DNA from: Fidelibacterota bacterium
Lineage (GTDB): Bacteria; Fidelibacterota; Marinisomatia; Marinisomatales; TCS56
Assembly (NCBI GenBank): GCA_043822705.1
Contig: JBDRBK010000164.1
Span: 1-17,991 of the forward strand
Length of the DNA stretch: 17,991 bases
Reading direction: 5' to 3'
The translations under genes and the position numbers were made by a program. Shown one piece after another: positions 1 through 8,495 of this stretch. The notes below the pieces were generated by a model. The model was not told the origin of the DNA. It ran no database searches and saw only the letters and a list, made by a program, of their open reading frames with translations. Position 1 is the first letter of the stretch. Each line of letters begins with the position of its first letter.

Positions 1-1
1 T

Positions 2-961
2 AATCTGGAAGATATTTCCCAGCCCAATTGCTACAAGGTGCTGGATACGCTGCGCGAAGAATGTGATATCCCGGTCTGGCATGATGACGCCCAGGGCACC
101 GGTTCGGTCACCCTGGCCGGATTGATCAACGCCCTGAAAGTAGCCGGCAAAGAAATCGGCAATATCCGGATCGTGATGCTGGGAGCCGGCGCATCCAACA
201 CTACGATTGCCCGCTTGATCCTCAAAGCCGGCGCCGATCCACAGAAAATAGTCCTGTTCGATTCCCGCGGCTCGCTCCACAAAGGTCGTGATGATATCAA
301 GGCCGACCCGCGTTTCTATCGCAAATGGGAACTGTGCCAGGCTACCAACCCCCAGGCCTATCCTGATATGGCGACGGCCTGTAAGGGCGCCGATGTGCTG
401 ATTGCCCTGTCCAAACCGGGACCGGATACGGTCAAGCCGGAATGGGTGGCTTCCATGGCGAAAAAATCAATTGTTTTCGTCTGTGCCAACCCGGTGCCGG
501 AAATCTATCCTTACTCCGCCAAGGAAGCCGGGGCCTACATCGTGGCCACCGGTCGCGGTGACTTCCCCAACCAGGTCAACAATTCCATGGGCTTCCCGGC
601 AATTTTGAAGGGTGCATTGATGGTGCGCGCCCGCAAGATCACCGACCAAATGGCGATTACCGCCGCTCGTTCCCTGGCCAAATTCGCAGAAGAAAAGGGC
701 ATCCATCCGGAATACATCACGCCCACCATGGATGAAGCCGGCGTCTTCCCCTACGAGGCCGCTGATGTTGCCATGCAGGCTATCAAAGATGGCGTCGCCC
801 GGATCGAAATGACCCGTGAAGAAGCCTTCGCCATGGCCGAAAAGGACATCAAGTATGCCCGCAGCCTGACCGATAACCTGATCGCGAATGGTTACATTAA
901 AAAACCGCCGGTCGAGCTGATCGAAGAAGCGGTGAAAGCTGCGGTTGCTGCGGTCAGTTAA
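2..961 (+). CDS. NAD(P)-dependent malic enzyme (5'-truncated by window edge)
   Basis: The frame is open from position 2 (NLEDISQPNCYKVLDTL...). Malic enzyme motifs: NLEDI, HDDAQGT, GAGAS, ANPVPEI, TGRGDFPNQVNN. Ends at TAA 961 with no PTA domain fused. The ORF-track start at 38 is internal. Confidence 0.93.
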   Translation, partial: NLEDISQPNCYKVLDTLREECDIPVWHDDAQGTGSVTLAGLINALKVAGKEIGNIRIVMLGAGASNTTIARLILKAGADPQKIVLFDSRGSLHKGRDDIKADPRFYRKWELCQATNPQAYPDMATACKGADVLIALSKPGPDTVKPEWVASMAKKSIVFVCANPVPEIYPYSAKEAGAYIVATGRGDFPNQVNNSMGFPAILKGALMVRARKITDQMAITAARSLAKFAEEKGIHPEYITPTMDEAGVFPYEAADVAMQAIKDGVARIEMTREEAFAMAEKDIKYARSLTDNLIANGYIKKPPVELIEEAVKAAVAAVS

Positions 962-985
962 TTAATACTGATCTTTGTAGCTGTG

Positions 986-1017
986 AAAACGGGACTCCGC
1001 CGGGGTCCCGTTTTTTT
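986..1017 (+). terminator. Rho-independent terminator, possibly bidirectional
   Basis: Hairpin AAAACGGGACTCC-GCC-GGGGTCCCGTTTT (one G-U pair) ending in a T7 run, 25 nt after the malic enzyme stop. The A4 on the 5' side gives a short U-tract on the - strand, and it lies between convergent genes. Confidence 0.85.
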
Positions 1018-1021
1018 ATTT

Positions 1022-1045
1022 GGGCACGGCGTATCGTGCCCCTAC
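1022..1045 (-). repeat. GTAG-type REP-like palindrome
   Basis: The - strand reads GTAG-GGGCACG-ATACGC-CGTGCCC, a GTAG tetranucleotide followed by a 7-bp GC-rich stem. This is the architecture of GTAG-family REPs. Confidence 0.65.
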
Positions 1046-1062
1046 AATATGCATTCTATATA

Positions 1063-1101
1063 CAACCTTCCTGGTTGCTTGTTCTGTAATCTGGAAGGTT
1101 G
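1063..1101. repeat. Imperfect palindrome / REP-like hairpin
   Basis: CAACCTTCC (1063-1071) pairs with GGAAGGTTG (1093-1101). An inner stem GGTTGC/GTAATC pairs with two G-U wobbles around a 7-nt loop. Confidence 0.5.
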
Positions 1102-1122
1102 CCGAATTAATACCCAACTACG

Positions 1123-1150
1123 GCAGGGACAATTCGCGAATTGTCCCTAC
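1123..1150 (-). repeat. GTAG-type REP-like palindrome
   Basis: Perfect 24-bp palindrome AGGGACAATTCGCGAATTGTCCCT (1125-1148), extending to 28 bp with one mismatch. The - strand begins GTAGGGACAATTC. It shares the flank CCCTACAATA with the element at 1022-1045. Confidence 0.7.
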
Positions 1151-1208
1151 AATAAATCATTTTTCTTAAACAAAAACTGAAAGCCAACCGCTCATATAAA
1201 TAATAATC

Positions 1209-3314
1209 CTACTTCATTCCCAACTGCCACATCAGAAAGGCCAGTTCATCGCTGCGGGTAGTGATTGATTTGCTGACCGGTGTGCCTTTGCTATGGCCGG
1301 CGCTGCGTTCGTAGCGCAACAGGATCGGCCGCTGGCCGGTGTTTTTCTTCTGCAGCAGGGCCGTCATTTTGCAGGCGTGCAGCGGATCGACCCGGGTATC
1401 AAATTCGCTGGTGGTGAACAGGGTGGCCGGATAGTCGCTGTGTGATTTCACGTTGTGGTAAGGCGAGTAGGCAAAGATGAACGGAAACTGCTGCGGGTTG
1501 TCGGCTGAGCCGAATTCGGGAATCCACAGACTGGCAATGGAAAATTTATGGTAACGGATCATATCCAGTAGCGGCACGCCGCAGACCGCTGCCTGCCACA
1601 GGTCCGGCCGTTGGGTGATGGCAACGCCCACTAACAGTCCGCCATTGCTGCCCCCGCGAATTGAAAGATGTTTCGAATCGGTATAGCCGTTGGCGATCAG
1701 CCATTCGCCGGCGGCGATGAAATCATCGTAACTGTTCTGTTTATTATCGAGTCGGGCCGATTCGTGCCACGCCCGGCCGTACTCGCCGCCGCCACGGATG
1801 TTAGCCAGCGCGAACACGCCGCCTTCCAGTATCCAGGGTACGGCAGTCTGACTGAAAACCGGCTTCTCGGAAATATCAAAACCGCCGTAACCATAGAGCA
1901 TGGTCGGATTATCGCCGGTCAGCTCCAGCGAATCATGATGGACGATAAACATCGGAATACTGGTGCCATCCCGGGAGGGATAAAAGATCTGGGTCATCGT
2001 CTGGTGACTGAGATCAATCCCGGGTTCCGGCCGGTGCAAAGTTTGCAATTTATCCGTGAACAGGTCGAAATGGAATATTGTCGGCGGATGGATAAACGAT
2101 TCGAAATCGAAAAACAGGTTATAAGAGCGCGGATCGCCATGGATATTTTTAATGCTGCCCATGACCGGCAACGGTATCTCCCACTTGCGTTTGCCGTCCA
2201 GTGAGTACATCCACAGATGCGATATCACATCCTTGCGAAAGGCCACGGCGATCTGGCCGTCGGCAATGGTGAAGGTCTCGAGGCGCTGGTTTGAGGCCGG
2301 GATGATTTCCTTCCAGTACTCCGGCCCCGGTGTGCCGACCGGCGCCGTCACCAGCCGGTACTGCGGGGCGTTCAGATCGGTCAACAGATAAATCCGGTCG
2401 TCGTAAACATCACCGGAAAAATACCCATCCAGACCCACCGCCACCGGCTGGATTTCCGCGTTCCGTTCCAGCCGCATCAAATACAGATCGTTGACAGTCC
2501 AATCCACGGATGAATAAATAAACAGGTATTCCCCATCGGAAGTCCCATAGGCGTCGACCCAGTCCTCGCGCCCCAGCTGGTCGCCAAAAATCAAGCAGTC
2601 GTTTTCCCAGGTCGTATCGGCCAGATCGTGGAAGAACAGGCGCCGGAAATAAAATTCATCGCCTTCTGCCACGGTTCCTGGTTCAGGATATCGGACGTAA
2701 TAAAAACCGCTCTCATCCGGCAACCAGACCACCGGGCTGGACCTGGTGTAAGGGATTACCAGGGCCAGATCGGCACCCTGATCCACATTTCTGACCATAA
2801 GCGTGCTGATTTCCGAACCACCGCGGGAAGCGCCGTAGGCCAGCAAGGCGCCGCTGGGTGACGGGTATTGCCAGTCCAGACCGGTTGTGCCGGCTTCGCT
2901 GAACTGATTCGGGTCCAGCGCTACCCGCTCCTTTCTCCCGGGGAAATCATCGCTGTAATATAGCGCTTTATGATTCTGTCCGGCGGCACGCTTGAAATAG
3001 AAATAACGTTGATCGTAAATCTGGGGCACTGTCATTACCGGCATATCATACAAGGCGCTGACGATTTTCTCGATCCGGCGGCGCTGCGGCAGACTGTCGA
3101 GCAAAAAGTGGGTAAAATCATCCTGGGCGGTGATCCAATCCTGTACTTCCGGATCACCGGAATTTTCCAGCCAGCGATAGTCATCGGAGATGCGCGTGCC
3201 ATGCAGCTCGTCAATTACGGTCTCTACCCGGGTCAACGGATAATTCCACTGAGCCTGGATAATCAACGGTACGACCACTGCGATGAAATATTTTACTGTT
3301 CTGCTTCCCGGCAC
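1209..3314 (-). CDS. Prolyl oligopeptidase (peptidase S9A), probably exported
   Basis: Motifs DDYRWLE, YGYGGF, ANIRGGGEYG, nucleophile GGSNGGLL, DTRV (Asp) and AGH (His). Start reassigned to GTG 3314, which lies 6 nt after AGGAGG and gives a signal-peptide-like MPGSRTVKYFIAVVVPLIIQA/QW (about 701 aa). Confidence 0.93.
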   Translation of the reverse strand: MPGSRTVKYFIAVVVPLIIQAQWNYPLTRVETVIDELHGTRISDDYRWLENSGDPEVQDWITAQDDFTHFLLDSLPQRRRIEKIVSALYDMPVMTVPQIYDQRYFYFKRAAGQNHKALYYSDDFPGRKERVALDPNQFSEAGTTGLDWQYPSPSGALLAYGASRGGSEISTLMVRNVDQGADLALVIPYTRSSPVVWLPDESGFYYVRYPEPGTVAEGDEFYFRRLFFHDLADTTWENDCLIFGDQLGREDWVDAYGTSDGEYLFIYSSVDWTVNDLYLMRLERNAEIQPVAVGLDGYFSGDVYDDRIYLLTDLNAPQYRLVTAPVGTPGPEYWKEIIPASNQRLETFTIADGQIAVAFRKDVISHLWMYSLDGKRKWEIPLPVMGSIKNIHGDPRSYNLFFDFESFIHPPTIFHFDLFTDKLQTLHRPEPGIDLSHQTMTQIFYPSRDGTSIPMFIVHHDSLELTGDNPTMLYGYGGFDISEKPVFSQTAVPWILEGGVFALANIRGGGEYGRAWHESARLDNKQNSYDDFIAAGEWLIANGYTDSKHLSIRGGSNGGLLVGVAITQRPDLWQAAVCGVPLLDMIRYHKFSIASLWIPEFGSADNPQQFPFIFAYSPYHNVKSHSDYPATLFTTSEFDTRVDPLHACKMTALLQKKNTGQRPILLRYERSAGHSKGTPVSKSITTRSDELAFLMWQLGMK

Positions 3315-3407
3315 GGAACTCCTCCTGACTTTGTGGTCAAATTTAGGCTGTTTTAGCGCCTTCAACCCGGACAAATTTAATTAGTTTTCCCGTCCGGTCT
3401 CTTTCCC

Positions 3408-3462
3408 TTGCTTGGTATACGAAACCACTTTTAAAATCAGGATAAGAAGGTCTTATTATAAT
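3408..3462 (+). promoter_or_regulatory. Candidate sigma70 promoter region for the group 3b hydrogenase operon
   Basis: TTGCTT(3408-3413)-N18-TAAAAT(3432-3437). There is also a perfect TATAAT at 3457-3462, directly preceded by the inverted repeat ATAAGA-agg-TCTTAT (3442-3456). Lies in the AT-rich divergent intergenic region. Confidence 0.35.
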
Positions 3463-3583
3463 CATTCGGTTCTCTACTAATTACGGATAAAATTGTGGAA
3501 CGTACACAGCCAATGCAGCTCCAGAATGTTCGAATTTTACAAAGAGAGTCGAGTCCCGTGATACTATCAAACCAACCTCTCAA

Positions 3584-4660
3584 ATGGTGCCAAACATGAA
3601 GAAATACAACCTATTGCTACAGAATATTCCTGATTTTGTCGCACATCTGAAATCGTTCGGTGAGGTATTTGCTCCGCATAAGAAGGGGGACAATTCATTC
3701 AGCTTCGATTCGGTCGCCGATCCTGGCGATGCGGTCCTGGATTACAATCGCACGCTACAGTCGATTCGTAAGTTTTTCCTGCCGCCCAGTGAACGGTTGC
3801 TGAATTATTCCCTGACGGACAATACCTATGAAAAAATTGCGATCGATAACGATCCCCGAATCTTTTTAGGCGTCCACAGTTACGATATGAAAGCAGTATT
3901 GAAACTGGACTACAATTTCAGTAATCGCACTCCGGAAATCAACTACCTGAAACGCCGCGAAAATTGCACTTTTATCGGTGTATCTTTCGAACCCGACGAG
4001 TTTCATTTCAGCCGCTCGGTGGGCATCACCGTGGAAGAAACCGAGGGCTTCGACCTTTTCCTCAACCGCCATGAGACCGGCTATGTCGTGCAGGTCCTGA
4101 CCGAACGTGGTGAAGAAATCATCAAAGGTTTCCCAAATCTGGGCGATGCAGCGGATTTGCCGCAGATTAACCGTCAGTTCAAGAATAAAATCAAATTCAA
4201 TTACAACCGCCTGCCGGAAGTGATGGAACAGGCCTGGAATTCACCGGTCTGGAGTGAAGTAGCCCAGCGTTGCGTCGGCTGCGGTACTTGCAATCTGGTC
4301 TGCCCGACCTGCTACTGCTTCAATGTCGTCGACGATATCGAACTGAGCCTGACAGCCGGTTCGCGGGAACGGCACTGGGACGGCTGTATGCTCAACAGTT
4401 TCGCCGCCGTTGCCGGTGGTGAGAACTTCCGTGGCAAGCTGGCCGATCGCCAGCGCCATCGCGTCTATCGCAAATTCAAGTATATCACCGATAAGACCGG
4501 CGACCCCTGGTGTGTCGGGTGCGGACGTTGTACGGCCTACTGCACCGCCGGCATCAGCATCGTGGAAATCGTAAATAAACTCAGCGACGAGTTCGAGCAT
4601 ATTCATCTGAGAAAATCATCGGCTGCGACCACACGGAATACGGAAGGGGTTTCATTATGA
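3584..4660 (+). CDS. hydB: Group 3b [NiFe]-hydrogenase beta subunit (4Fe-4S dicluster, AsrA/HydB-like)
   Basis: Ferredoxin motifs CVGCGTCNLVCPTCYCF and CVGCGRCTAYC, plus RERHWDGC and R-x-RHRVYRK, typical of the AsrA/HydB family. First gene of a beta-gamma-delta-alpha cluster. The start may be ATG 3596. Confidence 0.88.
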   Translation: MVPNMKKYNLLLQNIPDFVAHLKSFGEVFAPHKKGDNSFSFDSVADPGDAVLDYNRTLQSIRKFFLPPSERLLNYSLTDNTYEKIAIDNDPRIFLGVHSYDMKAVLKLDYNFSNRTPEINYLKRRENCTFIGVSFEPDEFHFSRSVGITVEETEGFDLFLNRHETGYVVQVLTERGEEIIKGFPNLGDAADLPQINRQFKNKIKFNYNRLPEVMEQAWNSPVWSEVAQRCVGCGTCNLVCPTCYCFNVVDDIELSLTAGSRERHWDGCMLNSFAAVAGGENFRGKLADRQRHRVYRKFKYITDKTGDPWCVGCGRCTAYCTAGISIVEIVNKLSDEFEHIHLRKSSAATTRNTEGVSL

Positions 4661-5505
4661 CAATGTTATCAAAATTGGAACAAAATCCCATGGAACTGTA
4701 CTATCCGGACATGGCGGAAATCACCGCCGTCAAACAGTACACCGAACTGGAAAAATGGTTTGAGATCAAATTGCCCGATGGCCGGGAATTGGGTCACCAA
4801 CCCGGTCAGTTTGCCCTGTTTTCCCTGTTCGGGATCGGCGAGGCGGCCATTTCGATCTGTTCGGCGCCCACCAAGAAAGGCGCCTTCGATATCTGTGTGC
4901 GCAAGGTCGGCATGCTGACCGAAAAGCTGCATCAGTTGGACGTCGGCCAGAAAATCGGCGTTCGCGGTCCGTTCGGCAATGGTTTCCCGGTGGAAGATTT
5001 CCAGGGCAAGGATATTCTGATTGTCGGCGGCGGCATCGGCATCGTGCCGCTGCGGTCACTGATCAACCACGTGATCGACAACCGTGCCGATTACGGCCGG
5101 CTGATCATCCTATATGGCGCCAAGAATCCCCATGAACTGCTGTTCCCCGAAGAACTGCAGAAATGGGCCGCCGATCCCACCATCGAATATCATGTTACCG
5201 TCGACAATGGCTCACCGGAATGGAAAGGCAATACCGGCGTTATCACTACCCTGATCCCCAAACTGGAGCTCGATCTGGATAACACCATCGCCGCCGTGGT
5301 CGGTCCCCCGGTCATGTACAAATTCGTATTGATGTCGCTCAAGACCAAACGCCTGCCGGAGGCGAACATTTACATGTCGCTGGAACGGCGGATGAAATGC
5401 GGCGTCGGCAAGTGCGGACACTGCCAGATCAACGATACTTACGTTTGCCTGGACGGTCCGGTGTACCATTATCCTGATATTAAAAATCTGCCGGAGGCGA
5501 TCTGA
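4657..5505 (+). CDS. hydG: Group 3b hydrogenase gamma subunit (FAD/NAD(P)-binding, 2Fe-2S; AsrB/HydG-like)
   Basis: Motifs PGQF, GVRGPFGNGF, GGGIG, GPPVM and ERRMKCGVGKCGHC...C. ATGA overlap with the upstream gene. Confidence 0.9.
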   Translation: MTMLSKLEQNPMELYYPDMAEITAVKQYTELEKWFEIKLPDGRELGHQPGQFALFSLFGIGEAAISICSAPTKKGAFDICVRKVGMLTEKLHQLDVGQKIGVRGPFGNGFPVEDFQGKDILIVGGGIGIVPLRSLINHVIDNRADYGRLIILYGAKNPHELLFPEELQKWAADPTIEYHVTVDNGSPEWKGNTGVITTLIPKLELDLDNTIAAVVGPPVMYKFVLMSLKTKRLPEANIYMSLERRMKCGVGKCGHCQINDTYVCLDGPVYHYPDIKNLPEAI

Positions 5506-6272
5506 TGACTACTCAGCCTGCACCGAAGACCAAGCCGAAAGTAGCGTTTTTCGATTTTACGAGCTGCGAAGGCTGCCAGTTGAGCAAACTGAATCTTGAG
5601 AATCACATTCTCGATCTGCTGGAACATATTGACATTGTGGAATTCCGTGAAGCCATGGATGATCGGGCCGAGGAATATGACATCGCCTTCATCGAAGGAT
5701 CGATCTCAACCCCCACCTGTGTCGAGCGTATTCATGACATCCGTCGGCGCACCAAGTTGCTGGTGGCGCTGGGCTCCTGTGCCTCGATCGGCGGTATTAA
5801 CGCCTTGAAAAACCTGCAACCGATCGAAAACGTCCGGGAAGCGGTTTATGGCAAGGATAAATACCTGTTCCCGACCCTGCCGGCCATGCCGGTATCGGCG
5901 ATAGTCAAGGTGGATTTTGAAATCCACGGCTGCCCGATGAGCATACCGGAATTCCTGACCGTGTTCAAGGCCCTGGCCCTGGGCAAACAACCGATCAAAC
6001 CCGATTCCCCGGTCTGCGTCGAATGCAAACTGCGGGAAAATGAATGCCTGTACGACCGCGGCATGGTCTGCCTGGGCCCGATCACCCGTAGCGGTTGCGA
6101 CGCCATTTGTCCCAGCTTCGGCCAGTTCTGCACCGGTTGCCGGGGACTGGTCCCCAATCCCAACAAGAACGCCATGCTGGATATCCTGACCAGCCATGGC
6201 CTGTCCTTGCAGGAAGCGGAGAAACGGCTGCTTTTATTCAACGCCTACAACAAACAGAACACGTTCAAGTAA
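5505..6272 (+). CDS. hydD: Group 3b hydrogenase small (delta) subunit
   Basis: Proximal-cluster motifs SCEGC, EGS, GSCASIGG and HGCP, plus a C-terminal Cys array (CVEC..C..CLGP..GC..CP..CTGCRG). No Tat signal, so cytoplasmic. TGATG overlap with the gamma gene. Confidence 0.92.
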   Translation: MTTQPAPKTKPKVAFFDFTSCEGCQLSKLNLENHILDLLEHIDIVEFREAMDDRAEEYDIAFIEGSISTPTCVERIHDIRRRTKLLVALGSCASIGGINALKNLQPIENVREAVYGKDKYLFPTLPAMPVSAIVKVDFEIHGCPMSIPEFLTVFKALALGKQPIKPDSPVCVECKLRENECLYDRGMVCLGPITRSGCDAICPSFGQFCTGCRGLVPNPNKNAMLDILTSHGLSLQEAEKRLLLFNAYNKQNTFK

Positions 6273-6286
6273 CGCAAGGATTAGTC

Positions 6287-7603
6287 ATGAGCAAAAATCT
6301 TGATATCAACGTACACCACCTGACCCGCGTCGAGGGACATGGCAATATCGTTGTCAACATGAAGGAAGGGCGGTTGGAAAAAGCCGAACTGCAGATCGTG
6401 GAGGCACCGCGTTATTTTGAGGCGATGCTGAAGGGCCGCAGTTTTCACGAAGCCGCCATCATAACCTCGCGCATTTGTGGTATCTGCTCGCTGGGCCACC
6501 AGCTTACATCGCTGAAAGCCACTGAAGACGCCCTGGGGCTGGAACTTTCGGAACAGACGATTCTGCTGCGGAAATTGCTGGTCCACGGCGCGACCCTGCA
6601 ATCCAATGTACTGCATGTTTATTTCCTGGTCGCCCCGGATCTGCTGAATGCCCCCAGCGTATTTCCATTGATTCCGACCCACACCGATGTCATCCTGCGG
6701 GCCCTGCGGATGAAACGACTGGCCAACGATATCGGCGATATCGTCAGCGGCCGCGCCGTTCACCCGATCACACCCGTTCCCGGCGGCTTCACGCGGATTC
6801 CGACCGTGGGCGAGCTGAAGGAAATCCGGCGACGCCTGATTGAGGAAGGCATCCCGGACATCGTCCAGACCGTCGAAACCGTGAAAGCGCTGGCCGGCGG
6901 GATCCCCGGTTTCGTGCGTGCGACCGAATACATATCGCTGAAGGATAAAAATGAATATGCCCTATACGAAGGCGATATTTATTCTTCCGATACCGGTTAT
7001 ACCGACGTCCATGATTACCGCAGTATTACCAACGAATTTGTGGTCGGTCATTCCACCAGCAAGCACACCAGGCACAATCGCAGCAGTTACATGGTCGGTG
7101 CCCTGGCCCGCTGGAATAACAACCGCGACCAGATGAGCGAAATGTCGCTGCAGGCCGCCGAAACGCTGGGTCTGACCCCGGATTGCTTCAATCCGTACAT
7201 GAACAGCGTCGCCCAGGTTGTGGAATGCGCCCACTGTGCCGAGGATGCGATCGCAATCATTGACCGGCTGCTGGAAATCGGCCTGAAGGACGAAAAACCC
7301 AATCAGACACCGACCAAGTATGGTATCGGTGCCGGCGCCACCGAGGTTCCCCGCGGTATTTTGTTCCATGAATATGAATACGACCGCAAGGGTGATATCG
7401 TGGCCGCCAACTGTATTATCCCGACCGGCCAGAATCTGGCCAATATCGATGATGACATGAAGAAGCTGGTACCGGAGATAATCGATAAATCCAAGGCGGA
7501 AATCACCAAGCACCTGGAAATGCTGGTTCGGGCATATGATCCTTGTATCTCTTGCTCGGTTCATTTATTGAACGTAGACTTCATCGATGACTCGGAAGGC
7601 TAA
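6287..7603 (+). CDS. hydA: Group 3b [NiFe]-hydrogenase large (alpha) subunit
   Basis: The true start is ATG 6287 (after AAGGA), giving MSKNLDINVHHLTRVEGHG. L1 motif RICGICSLGH, EVPRG, and L2 motif RAYDPCISCSVH followed by a 12-aa cleavable tail. 438 aa. Confidence 0.95.
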   Translation: MSKNLDINVHHLTRVEGHGNIVVNMKEGRLEKAELQIVEAPRYFEAMLKGRSFHEAAIITSRICGICSLGHQLTSLKATEDALGLELSEQTILLRKLLVHGATLQSNVLHVYFLVAPDLLNAPSVFPLIPTHTDVILRALRMKRLANDIGDIVSGRAVHPITPVPGGFTRIPTVGELKEIRRRLIEEGIPDIVQTVETVKALAGGIPGFVRATEYISLKDKNEYALYEGDIYSSDTGYTDVHDYRSITNEFVVGHSTSKHTRHNRSSYMVGALARWNNNRDQMSEMSLQAAETLGLTPDCFNPYMNSVAQVVECAHCAEDAIAIIDRLLEIGLKDEKPNQTPTKYGIGAGATEVPRGILFHEYEYDRKGDIVAANCIIPTGQNLANIDDDMKKLVPEIIDKSKAEITKHLEMLVRAYDPCISCSVHLLNVDFIDDSEG

Positions 7604-8093
7604 AACGGAAACGAACATTAAAACCGGTCCTACCGCGATGAAAATCATCGCAGTAGGCAACAGTCTGTATGGCGATGACGGTGTCGGCGAGGCGGTTCTG
7701 AACGCCCTGGCCGATATACCCGAAATGGAAGAGGTGGAACTGATTGACGGCGCCACCGACGCGCTGGGATTAATCGACTATTTCGCCGACACCGATCATG
7801 TCGTAATCATCGATGCCGCCAGCATGGACAAGGAACCGGGCACGGTTCAGGTATTCAATGCCGATCAGGCCAAGCTGAAAATCCGGGATGATCACTTATC
7901 GCTGCATGGAATCAGTCTGGCAGAGACATTCGAAGTCGCCCGCCTGGCTGAATCGATGCCCAACCGAATCACAATCATCGGGATCGAACCCCAGCACCTG
8001 ACGGTGGCCGCCGGTTTGAGTGAACCGGTCCGGCGGGCGGTACCACTGGCAGTTTCCAAAATCCTGGAATTACACCAATCATCAACAGTTTAA
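7587..8093 (+). CDS. Hydrogenase maturation endopeptidase (HycI/HoxW/HybD family) for the group 3b large subunit
   Basis: Metal-binding pattern GNSLYGDDGVG, IIDAA and SLH. Directly follows the large subunit. Alternative start ATG 7638. Confidence 0.9.
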   Translation: MTRKAKTETNIKTGPTAMKIIAVGNSLYGDDGVGEAVLNALADIPEMEEVELIDGATDALGLIDYFADTDHVVIIDAASMDKEPGTVQVFNADQAKLKIRDDHLSLHGISLAETFEVARLAESMPNRITIIGIEPQHLTVAAGLSEPVRRAVPLAVSKILELHQSSTV

Positions 8094-8105
8094 TTCGAGA
8101 TAGTA

Positions 8106-8495
8106 ATGTCAAAGAAAATTATGATTATCGACGATGATATCGATCTTGTCGAAGCGATGCGGATCACCCTGGAATCGGGTGGCTATGAAGTAATTGATGC
8201 GCAAGAGGGGGGTAAAGGTTTTGAGATGTTGAAAACCGAAAAACCCGACCTGTTGATCCTGGATGTAATGATGGGCACCCAGGACGAAGGTTTCCATCTG
8301 GCCTACCAGATCCGGAGCGACGAAGCCACCAAGGAGATTCCGATCGTGATGGTCACCGCCGTCGGCGCCCAGACCGGATTTGCATTCGACCCGGCCAAGG
8401 ATGAGAATTTCCTGCCGGTGGATGAATTCCTGGAAAAGCCGGTCAAGCCGCGAACACTGCTGGACACCGTCAAAAGGAATCTGCCGCTTGGCTAG
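8106..8495 (+). CDS. Stand-alone response regulator receiver (CheY-like, no output domain)
   Basis: Acidic pocket IIDDD, phosphoacceptor LDVMM, and the conserved VTA and KP motifs. Only 129 aa. Confidence 0.92.
   Translation: MSKKIMIIDDDIDLVEAMRITLESGGYEVIDAQEGGKGFEMLKTEKPDLLILDVMMGTQDEGFHLAYQIRSDEATKEIPIVMVTAVGAQTGFAFDPAKDENFLPVDEFLEKPVKPRTLLDTVKRNLPLG

Noticed and set aside
1022..1154. Possible mini CRISPR array
   Set aside because: The elements share only about 10 nt, their stems differ, there is no repeat-spacer periodicity, and no cas genes are present.
983..1180. 65-aa ORF in the convergent gap
   Set aside because: It runs through the terminator and palindromes. The repeated CPYN is just the translated REP flank.
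3315..3374. ORF-track start of the peptidase at 3374
   Set aside because: The strong SD AGGAGG lies within this stretch and points to GTG 3314.
3493..3508. TTGTGGAACGTACACA as a Rex or CRP/FNR site
   Set aside because: The spacing is one base short of both consensus patterns and there are extra mismatches.
3584..5505. Anaerobic sulfite reductase asrA/asrB
   Set aside because: The families are homologous, but there is no asrC siroheme subunit, and [NiFe] small and large subunits follow directly.
6095..6286. 64-aa N-terminal extension of the group 3b large subunit
   Set aside because: It overlaps the delta subunit gene in another frame. The conserved N-terminus and an SD point to ATG 6287.
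8380..8487. N-terminal extension of the histidine kinase
   Set aside because: It lies inside the receiver gene. TTG 8488 with an upstream AAGGA is more plausible.
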